Notes: generated by a model from the letters alone, not told the origin. A stretch of DNA of 64,000 nt from Eubacteriales bacterium (GCA_045629745.1 JAZQRU010000045.1:9051-73050); one strand, 5' to 3'; counted from the stretch's first letter, positions 1 to 10,375 are shown. Numbers and translations are program-made.

Positions 1-557
1 CCGACAGCGTCTGCCTTTTCATTCTTGAAGCCTTGATAAAGAAAAAGAAAGACAAAGAGAAATACTATAATCTGCGCGCCCGAATAGATAAGATTTTTAT
101 AAGTCCAAGCGCTAGAGAATGCGCCGTTCAAAAGCAGTGCGCCCGAGAAAATGAGAAGCGGAAAAAGAAGAGGTGTCTTTTTTATGGAAAGTCCAAGGTA
201 AAGCTTGTTTCTCACTATGAAGTAAACGAGAAATGCAAGCAATGCTACCGCCGAAAAAATTAACACGGGTAGGCGCCAACCGCTTGAATAATGGTTTGAA
301 TAATTAGGGTAAAAGGGAGAATTTTTAACCGAAATCTGAAAAATGAACGTGCACAAATTTGCAACTATAGGGCGCACGGTGTCCGAGATAGCAAGCGACA
401 GACACGCAAGGGCTACAAAAACAAGATTAAAGAGAACCTCAAGTCCCGCAAGAGAGCCAAGAAGAACGATTACAGCAAGAGTCACAGGATAAAACGGGCC
501 CTCGCAAAAGTTTTTGATTTTTTCCTTATTTAAGATGCTTAAAATCTCACTTTTCAC
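1..557 (-). CDS. Polytopic membrane protein, probably O-antigen ligase/polymerase-like (runs off the window edge)
   Basis: Not in the ORF track. GTG at 557 with GGAGG upstream, overlapping the stop of the sugar transferase. Open frame MKSEILSILNKEKIKNFCEGPFYPVTLAVIVLLG... with several hydrophobic helices. The family is inferred from the polysaccharide-locus context only. Confidence 0.6.
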   Translation of the reverse strand, partial: MKSEILSILNKEKIKNFCEGPFYPVTLAVIVLLGSLAGLEVLFNLVFVALACLSLAISDTVRPIVANLCTFIFQISVKNSPFYPNYSNHYSSGWRLPVLIFSAVALLAFLVYFIVRNKLYLGLSIKKTPLLFPLLIFSGALLLNGAFSSAWTYKNLIYSGAQIIVFLFVFLFLYQGFKNEKADAV

Positions 558-3144
558 TCGCTGCCTCCGTTATAATCTGAAGAGTCTCTTCAAAGACCTC
601 GTTATACGAGAATTCTTCACCGCGCGCTTTTATTGCCGCCTCGTCAAGCTTCTTGATTCCGTCGTGAATGAGCTTCACGCTTTCCGCAAACTCGTCTGAC
701 TTGTCAAGCTCGAAAAGATAACCCGATTTGTTGCTTACGATAATATCCTCTTGTCCCTTGCATCTTGATGCAAGAACGGTTTTTCCGAGCATAAGAGCTT
801 CAACGATATTAAAGGGCAAGCCCTCGCTCTTCGACGCGCTTACGTATATATCCGCTGCATTTACGTAGTCGCCTACGTTTTCGCGCTTGTCGAGGAACAA
901 AACGTCGTTTTCAAGCTTAAGCTCCTTTACGAGAGCCTCAAGCTCACCTCTCTTGTCACCCTCGCCTATGAGCCAAAGTCTTGCGTGAGGAATGAACTCT
1001 TTAATACGGGGCATTGAAGAAATAAGGAATTTCTGGTTCTTTCTTCCCGAAAGCTCGCCCGCAAACGCAAGGTTATAGGTATTCTGCGAGTCAAGCTCTT
1101 CTCTGACTTCCTTCGGCGTTCTTTCCGCAAGCTTCGGCTTTACGCCCATACCGCGGCAGTAATAAACCTTGCCCAAGGAAAGACGGTTTCTTTTTGCAAT
1201 GCGCATATCGTCTTTATTCATAACGATAATTGCGTCGGTTTTTCTGCGAACGATTTTCTCGCATAAAAGCAAAATATTCCTCTTGATAAAGCTCGAGTTC
1301 TGAGAAAAGAGATATCCGTGTACCATATTTACGATTCTCGGGCGCTCTCTTGACGCAACAGCAAGTCTTACGTGGAATGCCGCAAGTGTCGTGTGAGTTA
1401 TAATAACGTCAAAGTTTCCTGCAAGAACTATCTCGCGGATTTTCTTTCTTGCTTCCGTGTTTTTCTTTGAGAAGAAGTGCTTTTCAAAGGGAACGTTGAA
1501 GTCCGCACCCCCGCCGCGCGCCATAACGAGAACAATGTTTCCTGCCTTGCGAAGCCTGTCTATATATTCGAGATGGAAAGAGTTGATGTGATTCATACTT
1601 GACGCTGCATAGAGAATTTTCTTGCCTGTAATTAAGTGAGATTCGTCAAGCGCGGCTAAAGCGGGCGCAGGTGCGTGTGCTCTGGCAACAGGAGCAGGTG
1701 CGGGTTCCGCAGCTTCCTTAGGTTTGTTTTTGTCAACGTATTTTTCGTTTTTATTAAATGCCTTAAAGGGCGTTTTCAAAAGTATCGTAATATCAAGCCA
1801 GAGTGACCAATTTTCGATGTATGCAATATCCTCTTGAATTCTGTCTTCAATAGAGGTGTCGCCGCGAAGTCCCTTAACCTGCGCAAGTCCCGTTAAACCG
1901 GGCTTTACGTAGTGCTTTACCATATAAAGCGGGATTTCTTCCTTGAAATGCTCAACGAAAACGGGAAGCTCGGGGCGAGGTCCAACTAGCGACATACTGC
2001 CGCTGAGAACGTTGAAAAGCTGAGGAAGCTCGTCTATCGCGGTGCGGCGAAGAAACGTTCCGAATTTTGTTTTTCTTGCATCCTCGTCGGTTGTCCACGT
2101 ATCGTCAGAGCCTGTGTTCACTCTCATTGAACGGAATTTGAGCATAGTGAATTTTTTGCCCATTTTTCCAACTCGCGTTTGCTTGAAGAAAATCGGTCCC
2201 GGGGAGCTTATCATAACGCCTATTGCCGCAAAAATCATAAATGGAGCAGTGAGTATAATCAAAGCAAGCGAGCCAACGATATCAACAAGACGCTTTATCA
2301 TTGCGTTTGCGCCGTTGTCGAGAGGTGTTGAGTGAATATTGATAATAGGAACGCTTCCTACTGTTTCTATCTGGCGCGAATGCTTGAAAAATCCGTAGAT
2401 AACGGGGAGGAAATAAACCTTGATGCAACGGTCGTCACACATATTGACAAGCTTGATAAGGCGCCATTTATCGTAGGAGTCTATTGCAAAAACTATGTCT
2501 GTCGGATGGTACTTATCGAGTATTTTTGCAAAATCCTTGAATGTACCGAGCTTTTCCGTACCAACTATGGGGTCGATTTTATCACCGACGTGACCGAGAA
2601 CCATAATGCCGTAATTGGGGTTTGACTGAACCTCTTTCACGTAATCTGCGGCAGTTTTTGAGTTATCCCCGACTATTATAACTTTTTTGAGGTGATAATT
2701 TTTATTGTTTCTCGACTTCAAAATGACTTTAATGGTGTGGCGCTTGAAAGTAATAAAAGCGGTGCTTAAAACAGCGGTAAGGACAAGCCATATGATAACG
2801 AAGTGCCCGAAGCCCTCGCGTATATCCCAAAGCGCCGAAATAAGCGTTACAATTCCGAAGTAAATGAAATTGACCTTAAAAATTTCAAAAAAACTATGGA
2901 AATTTCCCATATATCTTGTTCTTCTGTAGATATTGAAGGCGTGATATACGAACGACGCGACAAGCACGTTTGCAAATATAATAATCACTGTATAAGGCGA
3001 CTCAAAGCTGAGGGTTGCTTCTCCCTCTATAAGAATAGTTAATACGTAAGCTACTAAAAACGCAGCGAGGTTTATGAGAATATCAAGATACGTTTCTATC
3101 GTGGATAAAAATCCGCGGTTTTCGTTGTTCATATCCGTCTCCAT
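547..3144 (-). CDS. Undecaprenyl-phosphate glucose phosphotransferase (WcaJ-like) fused to a C-terminal GT4 glycosyltransferase
   Basis: N-terminal TM helices, CoA-binding-like domain and sugar-transferase motifs (FKQTRVG, KFRSM, DELPQLFNVLSGSMSLVGPRP, VKPGLTGLAQV). An Ala/Pro linker follows, then GT-B motifs (HTTLAAF, RKNQ, SKSEGLPFNIVEA). Confidence 0.9.
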   Translation of the reverse strand: METDMNNENRGFLSTIETYLDILINLAAFLVAYVLTILIEGEATLSFESPYTVIIIFANVLVASFVYHAFNIYRRTRYMGNFHSFFEIFKVNFIYFGIVTLISALWDIREGFGHFVIIWLVLTAVLSTAFITFKRHTIKVILKSRNNKNYHLKKVIIVGDNSKTAADYVKEVQSNPNYGIMVLGHVGDKIDPIVGTEKLGTFKDFAKILDKYHPTDIVFAIDSYDKWRLIKLVNMCDDRCIKVYFLPVIYGFFKHSRQIETVGSVPIINIHSTPLDNGANAMIKRLVDIVGSLALIILTAPFMIFAAIGVMISSPGPIFFKQTRVGKMGKKFTMLKFRSMRVNTGSDDTWTTDEDARKTKFGTFLRRTAIDELPQLFNVLSGSMSLVGPRPELPVFVEHFKEEIPLYMVKHYVKPGLTGLAQVKGLRGDTSIEDRIQEDIAYIENWSLWLDITILLKTPFKAFNKNEKYVDKNKPKEAAEPAPAPVARAHAPAPALAALDESHLITGKKILYAASSMNHINSFHLEYIDRLRKAGNIVLVMARGGGADFNVPFEKHFFSKKNTEARKKIREIVLAGNFDVIITHTTLAAFHVRLAVASRERPRIVNMVHGYLFSQNSSFIKRNILLLCEKIVRRKTDAIIVMNKDDMRIAKRNRLSLGKVYYCRGMGVKPKLAERTPKEVREELDSQNTYNLAFAGELSGRKNQKFLISSMPRIKEFIPHARLWLIGEGDKRGELEALVKELKLENDVLFLDKRENVGDYVNAADIYVSASKSEGLPFNIVEALMLGKTVLASRCKGQEDIIVSNKSGYLFELDKSDEFAESVKLIHDGIKKLDEAAIKARGEEFSYNEVFEETLQIITEAASEK

Positions 3145-3392
3145 TCTGCCTTTTGGCGAATAATTATTGCGCGCGAAATTATATTAAATAATATGATACC
3201 ACCTTTTTATGTATTTGTCAAGTTTTGGCCCTTTTGCGATTTATTTATCTTGACAATCCACTTTAAAAATGCTAGAATAGCGTTAGTCAGGCTTTATGTA
3301 TTTTGCGACGGCTAGGAACAATCCGAACTCATAGGTTTTCTGCTATGCGCCAAATATATAGCGTCCGACCAGTAAAATTAAAAGGAAGACGT

Positions 3393-4460
3393 ATGAATTT
3401 TGAAAAAAACATCGACAAAATCGAAAAAACGGTAGGCTATGTTTTTCGTGACAAATCGCTTTTAAGGCAAGCCTTCACGAGAACGAGCTTTTGCAATGAA
3501 AACAGTACAAGGGAGCGCGAATATCAGTCAAACGAGGTGCTTGAATTTTTCGGCGACAGCGTGCTTTCCTGCGCTATCATAAGCATCTTGCTTAACGGAT
3601 ACACGAAAAGATACCCTTACGGAATAAAAACAGAGCTTACCGAGGGCGATTTTTCCAACATAAAATCGAGCCTCAGTGATAAAAAGAAGCTCTCGGAAAC
3701 GACCGAGGCTCTCGGACTTCAGAAATATCTCATTATGGGCGAGGGTGACTTGAAGCTCGGCATAGAAAACGAGCCGTCAGTTATGGAAGACCTTTTTGAA
3801 AGCATTATAGGCGCGGTTTATATTGACTGTGACGGAAGCTTTAAAACGGTTATAAGCGTTGTTTCAAAAATGCTCGACGTAAGCGGATATCTATCCAAAA
3901 AAGCCCCAAGGCAAAGCGCGAAAAATTCGCTCCAGGAATGGTGCGCGGACAAGGCGCACAGACTTCCCGCCCCCGTATATAAAACAATTTCCGAAAGCGG
4001 CCCCGACCACAAGAAAATTTTTGAGCGCGCCTGCTCCATAGGCGACAAAATATATGGTACTGGTATTGGCAAAAATCAAAAAATTGCAGATGCTCTCGCG
4101 GCAGAAGCCGCGCTTGAGAAGCTTCGTGCGGAAGAGGAAGAAAGATTAAACCCAAAGCTTGACCCGAAGCTCGTTATGGAAAAGCTCAAGGCCCTCGCAA
4201 AGAAAAACAAAAAGCCAAGCCCTGAATTTCGCGACCTTGGCGAGAGCGACGGTAAATTTGCGGTTGAGTGTCGTTTTATGGGAAAAAGCGCTGTGGGAGA
4301 AGGCGTTGGAAAGCGAGACGCAAAGGAAGCCGCTGCCGAAAAAATACTTAAGCTCCTTTCTGAGAGCGAGCCTAAAAAAGAACCAAGAAGAAACGTACAA
4401 AAGCCTGCGCCCTCAAAGCGCAAGTACAAAAAAACTGAAAAAACAGTAAAGCTTTGTTGA
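3393..4460 (+). CDS. rnc: Ribonuclease III with two dsRNA-binding domains
   Basis: AFTRTS, NEVLEFFGDSVL and EDLFESIIGAVYID motifs; dsRBD 1 (KNSLQE...GPDHKKIF...G.GKNQKIA) and a second dsRBD-like segment. ATG at 3393 follows AAAGGA. Confidence 0.88.
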   Translation: MNFEKNIDKIEKTVGYVFRDKSLLRQAFTRTSFCNENSTREREYQSNEVLEFFGDSVLSCAIISILLNGYTKRYPYGIKTELTEGDFSNIKSSLSDKKKLSETTEALGLQKYLIMGEGDLKLGIENEPSVMEDLFESIIGAVYIDCDGSFKTVISVVSKMLDVSGYLSKKAPRQSAKNSLQEWCADKAHRLPAPVYKTISESGPDHKKIFERACSIGDKIYGTGIGKNQKIADALAAEAALEKLRAEEEERLNPKLDPKLVMEKLKALAKKNKKPSPEFRDLGESDGKFAVECRFMGKSAVGEGVGKRDAKEAAAEKILKLLSESEPKKEPRRNVQKPAPSKRKYKKTEKTVKLC

Positions 4461-4590
4461 CAAAAAAGAGCAATCAAGCAAGAATTTCTAATGCGCCGCT
4501 GTCAAGTAGGCAGACTAAAAAACAAAAAGAATTTGTCAATTGAATAAGATTTTTTTACTCCCCCTGCTACGCAGCAGGGGGAGATTTTCG

Positions 4591-5553
4591 TTAATTTTTA
4601 ATGTAAATTTCAATATCGCCCGTATCGGTTATAATCTCGCATATACCGCCCGTCGCGGTTCTCGGAACGTTGATATCGCCCGTATCGGTTTTGACTATGA
4701 ATATCTTTTCGGAAAGCAAAGTTCCCGTGACCTCGCCCGTGTCGGTTAAAATATAGATTTCCATAGCGTCGCAGGCTTCAAATTCTAAGTCGCCGGTGCT
4801 TCTTTCTATTGACCATTTGCCTGAGGCTACAACGCCTGACATTTTTAGTTCGCCCGTGCTTCCCAATGTAATGAGGCTTTTTAAACTTGTATTACGTATC
4901 TCAACGTCACTGGTTGAAACCTTGATTGCAACGTCATCGGCTTCAATATTAGAGAGTGTCATATCACCGGTAGAAGACGTAAGATTAAGCTCACCCGTCT
5001 TCGCGTCGGATAAATTTATTCTGCCTGTTGAAACCTTGATTTTTGTACTTACAGCGGCACTTGCGCGTGATACAACGTCACCTGTTGAAAGAGAAATATC
5101 AATGAAATCAAAGTTGAAATCTTTTGCTATCTCAACGTCGCTCGTATCAGCGTTTATTATGAGAGAGGAATAGCTCCCCTCTGGCAGATAAAGAGTGATG
5201 CTGGTTTCGGCGAAGTTGAAAATATAATTGTACCATTTTCTCGTATCTTCAACGGAAATTGATGCCTTGCCGCCATCGCAGCTAACGGTGTGCTTTAAGC
5301 TTTCGCTCTCCTTAAAAACGAATTTCGTTTTGCCGTCGCTTGACGGTAGAATAGTTATATCCTCAGTGTCTAGAAAAATAGAAACATCGGTGATTTTTTC
5401 TTCACATTCATAGCTCCTTTCAAGCGTATTTGAGCTTGAGAGCTTTGAAAAATCCCAGCCGTTTGCCGTCATTGAAATTGTGAAAATCAAGAGTCCCAAA
5501 AGCATAGCGACTGACGCTATAAGGCATATAAAAACAACGGAAAGCTTTTTCAT
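4591..5553 (-). CDS. DUF4097 beta-strand repeat membrane-anchored protein
   Basis: N-terminal TM helix, repeated STGD/TDTGD motifs; third gene of a PadR-DUF1700-DUF4097 operon. Confidence 0.8.
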   Translation of the reverse strand: MKKLSVVFICLIASVAMLLGLLIFTISMTANGWDFSKLSSSNTLERSYECEEKITDVSIFLDTEDITILPSSDGKTKFVFKESESLKHTVSCDGGKASISVEDTRKWYNYIFNFAETSITLYLPEGSYSSLIINADTSDVEIAKDFNFDFIDISLSTGDVVSRASAAVSTKIKVSTGRINLSDAKTGELNLTSSTGDMTLSNIEADDVAIKVSTSDVEIRNTSLKSLITLGSTGELKMSGVVASGKWSIERSTGDLEFEACDAMEIYILTDTGEVTGTLLSEKIFIVKTDTGDINVPRTATGGICEIITDTGDIEIYIKN

Positions 5554-6152
5554 TTTCGCGTCTCCTTTTTAGTAAATAAGGTTTTTACGTATTTTGCGGA
5601 TATTACGCTTACAGCCGTTAATTTTTTCGTAAGCCAAAGGCATCCGAAAAAGCTGAAGATTGCCAAAGAAAAGGATACCAGCGCTGCGCTTATTGAAATT
5701 GCGGCAGCAAGAGATAAGTCATTAAAAAACAGAGCCATGCTGAGAATCAATCCTGCGGGAACTGATACTGCGAATGCCGCAAATACCGACCAAAAAGAAG
5801 CGATAATTGCCCACGCGGATGCGTAAAGTGAGAAAATAATCGTCAGGGCTGCAATAGCCAACGGCGCCCAAAGCGGTGAGCCTGCAATTATAAGCGCAAG
5901 CTTTCCGTAGTCGCGCTTGTCATTTTTCTTTTTTTCGCCTTGCGCAAGCTTCTCGGAAATCTCCTCACCGAGCTTTTCTTTAGTGATTTTATTAACGTCA
6001 CCGACTGCCGAAACGGCGTCACACTCGGAAAGTCCCTCTTCAATTCTGTCGTCTATCATTTCGCTGTAAAAGCTAAGACATTCTTCTACTTCTTTTTTCG
6101 GGAGTGCTTTAAGCTTCGTGCGAAGTTTATCTAAAAAATTCTGTTTCGTCAT
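5550..6152 (-). CDS. DUF1700 (HAAS-domain) membrane protein
   Basis: MTKQNFLDKLR...FYSEMIDDRIEEG N-terminus followed by TM helices. Confidence 0.85.
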   Translation of the reverse strand: MTKQNFLDKLRTKLKALPKKEVEECLSFYSEMIDDRIEEGLSECDAVSAVGDVNKITKEKLGEEISEKLAQGEKKKNDKRDYGKLALIIAGSPLWAPLAIAALTIIFSLYASAWAIIASFWSVFAAFAVSVPAGLILSMALFFNDLSLAAAISISAALVSFSLAIFSFFGCLWLTKKLTAVSVISAKYVKTLFTKKETRK

Positions 6153-6463
6153 TATAGCGTCTCCTTAGTTACAAATTTATAAATTGACATAACTTCGCGC
6201 CACTCTTCCTTAAATGCTTCAATGCGCGAAAGCCCGGCTCTCGTAATATTATAATACTTTCTTAATCTTCCGCAGTGTTCCGCTGCGCGAACCGTTAGCA
6301 TTTTAGCCGCCTCAAGTCTTTTTAAAATCGTATAAAGCGTAGACTCCCACATTTCAAGATAAGTCTTCATATCCTTAATTATCTTATAACCGTAGGACTC
6401 TCCGTCTTTTATCGCGGCAAGCACGGAAACGTCGAGAAGTCCTCGTTTAAGCTGTCCGTCCAT
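6152..6463 (-). CDS. PadR family transcriptional regulator
   Basis: QLKRGLLD, SYGYKI, ESTLYTILKRLE and GRLRKYY motifs. Confidence 0.92.
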   Translation of the reverse strand: MDGQLKRGLLDVSVLAAIKDGESYGYKIIKDMKTYLEMWESTLYTILKRLEAAKMLTVRAAEHCGRLRKYYNITRAGLSRIEAFKEEWREVMSIYKFVTKETL

Positions 6464-6727
6464 ATAATACCTCCTATTGCGTAATACATCATATCACGAA
6501 GTATTGCCTTTGTCAATAGATTTTGAAGAAAAATGAAAGAATTTTTGCAAAACTGCAAAAAAGCACCGCAAACAAAATTGTTCGCGGTGCGAGAGTCACT
6601 TATTTTAACTTTTGAATGATTAAAAATTTCGGAATGAAGTCACTTTGTAATTAAGTCCGCCTTTGGCAAATGCCTTGTTCGCATTCGCTTACAAAAAACT
6701 TAAGCTAAACAATTTTCTATCGTTTTA

Positions 6728-7612
6728 TTAAATTCCGTAGGAGGCGATGATGGAGCCGGCGATGACTTCACCGATGCGGCGATAGCCGGCGGTAGACTTA
6801 TGGAGATGATCGGCGCAATAGGGATAGGGAGTGGTGCCGGTGTATTCTTCGAGGACCACTTTTCCGTCGCGGAATTGGTAGTAGGAGCGTCCTCGCTCGT
6901 AGCGAATGCGCTCAGCGCTCAGGGGATAGCCTTCGGCATTGAGCAGATAGGGGGTGTAATTCAGGTTATCCGGATAGGAATCTTTTCCAAAATAGGCCCA
7001 GGTATACGAATTGATGCCGGAGGTGTGGAAGAGATCACAGCAGGCAATTCCGTTTCGAGCGGCAACGGCTTTTTGCATATTCGCCAAAGCTTCCATAGTT
7101 CTGCCGGTGCCGGGCGTCGATTCGCCGTAGCCGTCTGCGTCAACCCAGGGATATCTGCCAACACAGTCTACCGTAACGATCAGTAGGCGCGCAGTCATGT
7201 TTCCGGCAGCGTAAAGCGTTTCGTAGATGCGATTGATGGCATACTGCATAAAGCCGGCAATAGTTGTCTGTCCGCTGCCGTCGGGCTTGTAGACATCGCC
7301 AATCTGACCAATATCAACGTTGCGGTTGTTGTAGCCGCCAAAAAAGACGATAAGATCCTTCTCTGCGACGTCTTCTACGGAAAGCGGACGCAAAACACCT
7401 TGTGCGTCGGTTTCGTTGTCGTAATCGCCGCCGAGTCCGTTGTCACCGTCCACCATGCTTCTCAGGCTTGCGCCGCCCTTGCAGTGATAAAAGGTCTGAA
7501 TGCCCAGAATTTCTTTAACCACTTCGGGATAAACTCTTCTTGCCGTCAGCGAGTCACCAATGAAGAGAACCTTTTTGTCCTTCCATCTGCCATAAAGCGC
7601 GTTATCATTCAT
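6728..7612 (-). CDS. SGNH/GDSL hydrolase
   Basis: FIGDSLT (block I), GGYNN (block III) and DHLH (block V). Confidence 0.8.
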   Translation of the reverse strand: MNDNALYGRWKDKKVLFIGDSLTARRVYPEVVKEILGIQTFYHCKGGASLRSMVDGDNGLGGDYDNETDAQGVLRPLSVEDVAEKDLIVFFGGYNNRNVDIGQIGDVYKPDGSGQTTIAGFMQYAINRIYETLYAAGNMTARLLIVTVDCVGRYPWVDADGYGESTPGTGRTMEALANMQKAVAARNGIACCDLFHTSGINSYTWAYFGKDSYPDNLNYTPYLLNAEGYPLSAERIRYERGRSYYQFRDGKVVLEEYTGTTPYPYCADHLHKSTAGYRRIGEVIAGSIIASYGI

Positions 7613-7804
7613 AAGAAAGCCCTCCTTTTCAAGGGATCAATTTTTCTATTTCATTATACATCATGAAAAAAGAAATGTCAAGAGCCGTGCGGCTGATGTA
7701 AAAATTTTTTTGCACTTTTTCGCACAAACTACTTGACTTTTCAGTCACGATATGCCATAGAAAATGCGATAGTTTGGGTTGATTAGTATATAACAAATAC
7801 ACAC

Positions 7805-9079
7805 TCACTGTTGAATATCGTCCTTTTTCTTAAAAATTACATTTTTAGCTGTTTCGTACATTGTTATGGTTAAGTGCTCATCAACCTTTAACTGCATTTC
7901 AGTATCTTTTAGTTCATCAAAAGTTACAGTTTGTATAGACTTCTCAAGATCTAATCTTTGTAATACTTTCTTTGTATAAGGTCGCTTAGCATCCTTGAAA
8001 GAAATGCTATATAAAAACTCTTGTACTTTTTCACTATTTAGCAATAACATACAAACATATGCAATTTCGTAATTATCAAAAGAAAGGAAGTACGAAGTAT
8101 CATCGAGCATTATTGGTTTATCCAGATTGACTTTATTGTACAACAAAGAGAAAAGAGGTTTTTTATAAAATCCCGATATACCCACCTTGAATTTAGAGTA
8201 TGAATAATCACCTACACCAAACATACTAAAACTCGGTGCTCCATTATAAATACTGCTTTTTCTATTATAAAAAAGTTCTTTATTTTGGATTAAGTATTCC
8301 CAAGTTTTTGGTGCAACTCCAGAAATAGAAGATGTATCTTCACGAGCCTTTTTTTGAGTAACAATTACATATTTGATAAAACCATCATCAATAATTGCCT
8401 TTTTGAAACTACTACTTTTCATCAAAGGAAACACGTAATCATCTTCCAATTCAATAATTTCTTTTCGTTTGTTTTCGTATGTGTTGGGAGCGACCAGTTT
8501 TAGTTCCATAACAGGAGAACAATCGTGTTTTACGCCCTGTCTCCACTCATATTGACATATACCGCTAAAATCACAAACTCCATCGTTTAATGATGTGAGA
8601 ACTCCATTTTCACATTTAATAAAACTCGAAAAATCTCTATTATCAATGTCGGTGACCAAACAATTTCCGCACTTTTTGTCTTCTGAAGTCAATTTCAATA
8701 TTAGCAAACAAGCCGAGGCACTTATCCCAAAAACCTTGTTTGCGTTGAAATTCATCATTTCTATATACTCTGCCAAATCATTATAAACAATTTCATCACC
8801 AGGAACATTTCTATCAATCAAAAAGCCAATAATATCTTCTTTGTTTGCTCCGTCATCAATCATTTCTCTTAACCGCTTTGTAATGGTATAATCTGCGGTT
8901 CTGGAATTATTTATAAAAGTACAATACTTAAAGTTTAGTGTACACGTATCGTGAGTATCGTGTTTTTCATATACAAATACAAGCAAATTATATCCTAAAC
9001 CATAAATCTTCTGTCTTGCATTTTTGAAAGGACAAGAAGATTGGGGTTGAGTAATAGAAGTTACTTTTATATCTGTCAT
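7805..9079 (-). pseudogene. Chimeric remnant of an NspV-like type II R-M system: endonuclease mid-section fused in frame to the methyltransferase C-terminal part
   Basis: DIKVTSITQPQSSCPFKNARQKIYGLGY and RTADY match R.NspV-type endonucleases as I recall them. The distal part (WRQGVKHDCS.VMEL, FSMFGVGDYSY, MLDDTSYF, DAKRP) resembles the NspV-type MTase C-terminus. No SAM-binding or NPP motif. Visibly AT-rich. Confidence 0.75.
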
Positions 9080-9130
9080 ATTATACCACAAAATAACCAA
9101 TGTTGCATCTTAATATAACGGCAATCAAAC

Positions 9131-9150
9131 TGTTGTCAAAAGTGTTGTCA
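9131..9150. repeat. TGTTGTCA direct repeat (12-bp period), possible integrase arm-type sites next to the guaA 3' end
   Basis: TGTTGTCA at 9131-9138 and 9143-9150, between the guaA terminator and the AT-rich R-M remnant. Confidence 0.5.
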
Positions 9151-9171
9151 CTTAAATTTGCCAAACGATCA

Positions 9172-9206
9172 AAAAGTGGCTTGGAATAAGGCTTCCAAGC
9201 CACTTT
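9172..9206 (-). terminator. Intrinsic terminator after guaA
   Basis: Stem aaagtggcttggaa / ttccaagccacttt with a U-run on the minus strand. Confidence 0.75.
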
Positions 9207-9220
9207 GAATTTTTAATGAA

Positions 9221-10237
9221 TTATTCCCACTCGATAGTTCCCGTAGGTTTTGGAGTCAAATCGAAGAGCACGCGGTTGATGCCTTCAACCTCGCTTGTGA
9301 TTCTTGCCGTGATTTTGTGGAGCACGGGGTAAGGGATTTCTTCTATAGTTGCGCTCATTGCATCCTTGGTGTTAACGGCGCGGATAATTGCGGGCCAGCC
9401 TTCGTAGCGGGAGTCGTCCTTAACGCCAACGCTCTTAACGTCGGGAACTGCAATGAAGTACTGCCAAACCTTTTCGGCAAGGCCACATTTATCAAACTCG
9501 TCGCGGAGTATTGCGTCTGCTTCGCGGAGCGCCTCTAGTCTATCCTTTGTAATTGCGCCAAGGCAACGAACACCAAGACCGGGGCCGGGGAACGGCTGAC
9601 GGTATACCATTGCGTGAGGAAGTCCGAGAGCCTCACCGACAACTCTTACCTCGTCTTTAAAGAGAAGCTTTATAGGCTCAACGAGCTCGAACTGAAGGTC
9701 CTCGGGAAGTCCGCCTACGTTGTGGTGCGACTTGACTGCCTTTTTGCCCTCCGCCTGCTTAATGCTTTCAAGAATATCGGGGTAAATCGTGCCTTGAGCG
9801 AGGAATGAAATTCCCTCGAGCTTAGAAGCTTCTTCTGCAAAAACGTTGATAAATTCAGCGCCTATGATTTTTCTCTTCTTTTCGGGCTCGGAAACGCCTG
9901 CAAGAAGATTTAAGAAGCGCTCGCTTGCGTCAACGTAAATGAGGTTTGCTTTAAGCTGGTTTCTGAAAACCTCGATAACCTGCTCGCTTTCGCCCTTGCG
10001 CATAAGTCCGTGGTTAACGTGAACGGACACGAGCTGATTTCCGATAGCCTTGATAAGAAGTGCAGCAACGACGGAGCTGTCAACACCGCCGGAGAGGGCA
10101 AGAAGCACCTTTTTGCCACCGACTTGCTTACGGATAGCGGCAACCTGCTCGTCGATAAAAGCGTTTGCAAGCTCAAAATTGGTTATACGAGCCATTGAAT
10201 CAGGTCTTTTGTTGGAATCCATATTTGTTTCTCCCAA
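9221..10237 (-). CDS. guaA: GMP synthase, ATP-pyrophosphatase/dimerisation part only (no glutaminase domain)
   Basis: LSGGVDSSV, QGTIYPDILES, KSHHNVGGLP, RQPFPGPGLG and KPTGTIEWE motifs; only about 335 aa. Confidence 0.93.
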   Translation of the reverse strand: MGETNMDSNKRPDSMARITNFELANAFIDEQVAAIRKQVGGKKVLLALSGGVDSSVVAALLIKAIGNQLVSVHVNHGLMRKGESEQVIEVFRNQLKANLIYVDASERFLNLLAGVSEPEKKRKIIGAEFINVFAEEASKLEGISFLAQGTIYPDILESIKQAEGKKAVKSHHNVGGLPEDLQFELVEPIKLLFKDEVRVVGEALGLPHAMVYRQPFPGPGLGVRCLGAITKDRLEALREADAILRDEFDKCGLAEKVWQYFIAVPDVKSVGVKDDSRYEGWPAIIRAVNTKDAMSATIEEIPYPVLHKITARITSEVEGINRVLFDLTPKPTGTIEWE

Positions 10238-10375
10238 TATATAAAGAATTTTTTAACGTGGAATTTAATAGAAATATTATACACTATTTTATTTCCTTTT
10301 ACAATATGTTTTTTGACAAAATTTTAAAAAAACTCATAAAATATTTGTGAACGATTTATCTGAAGGGAGAAACTT

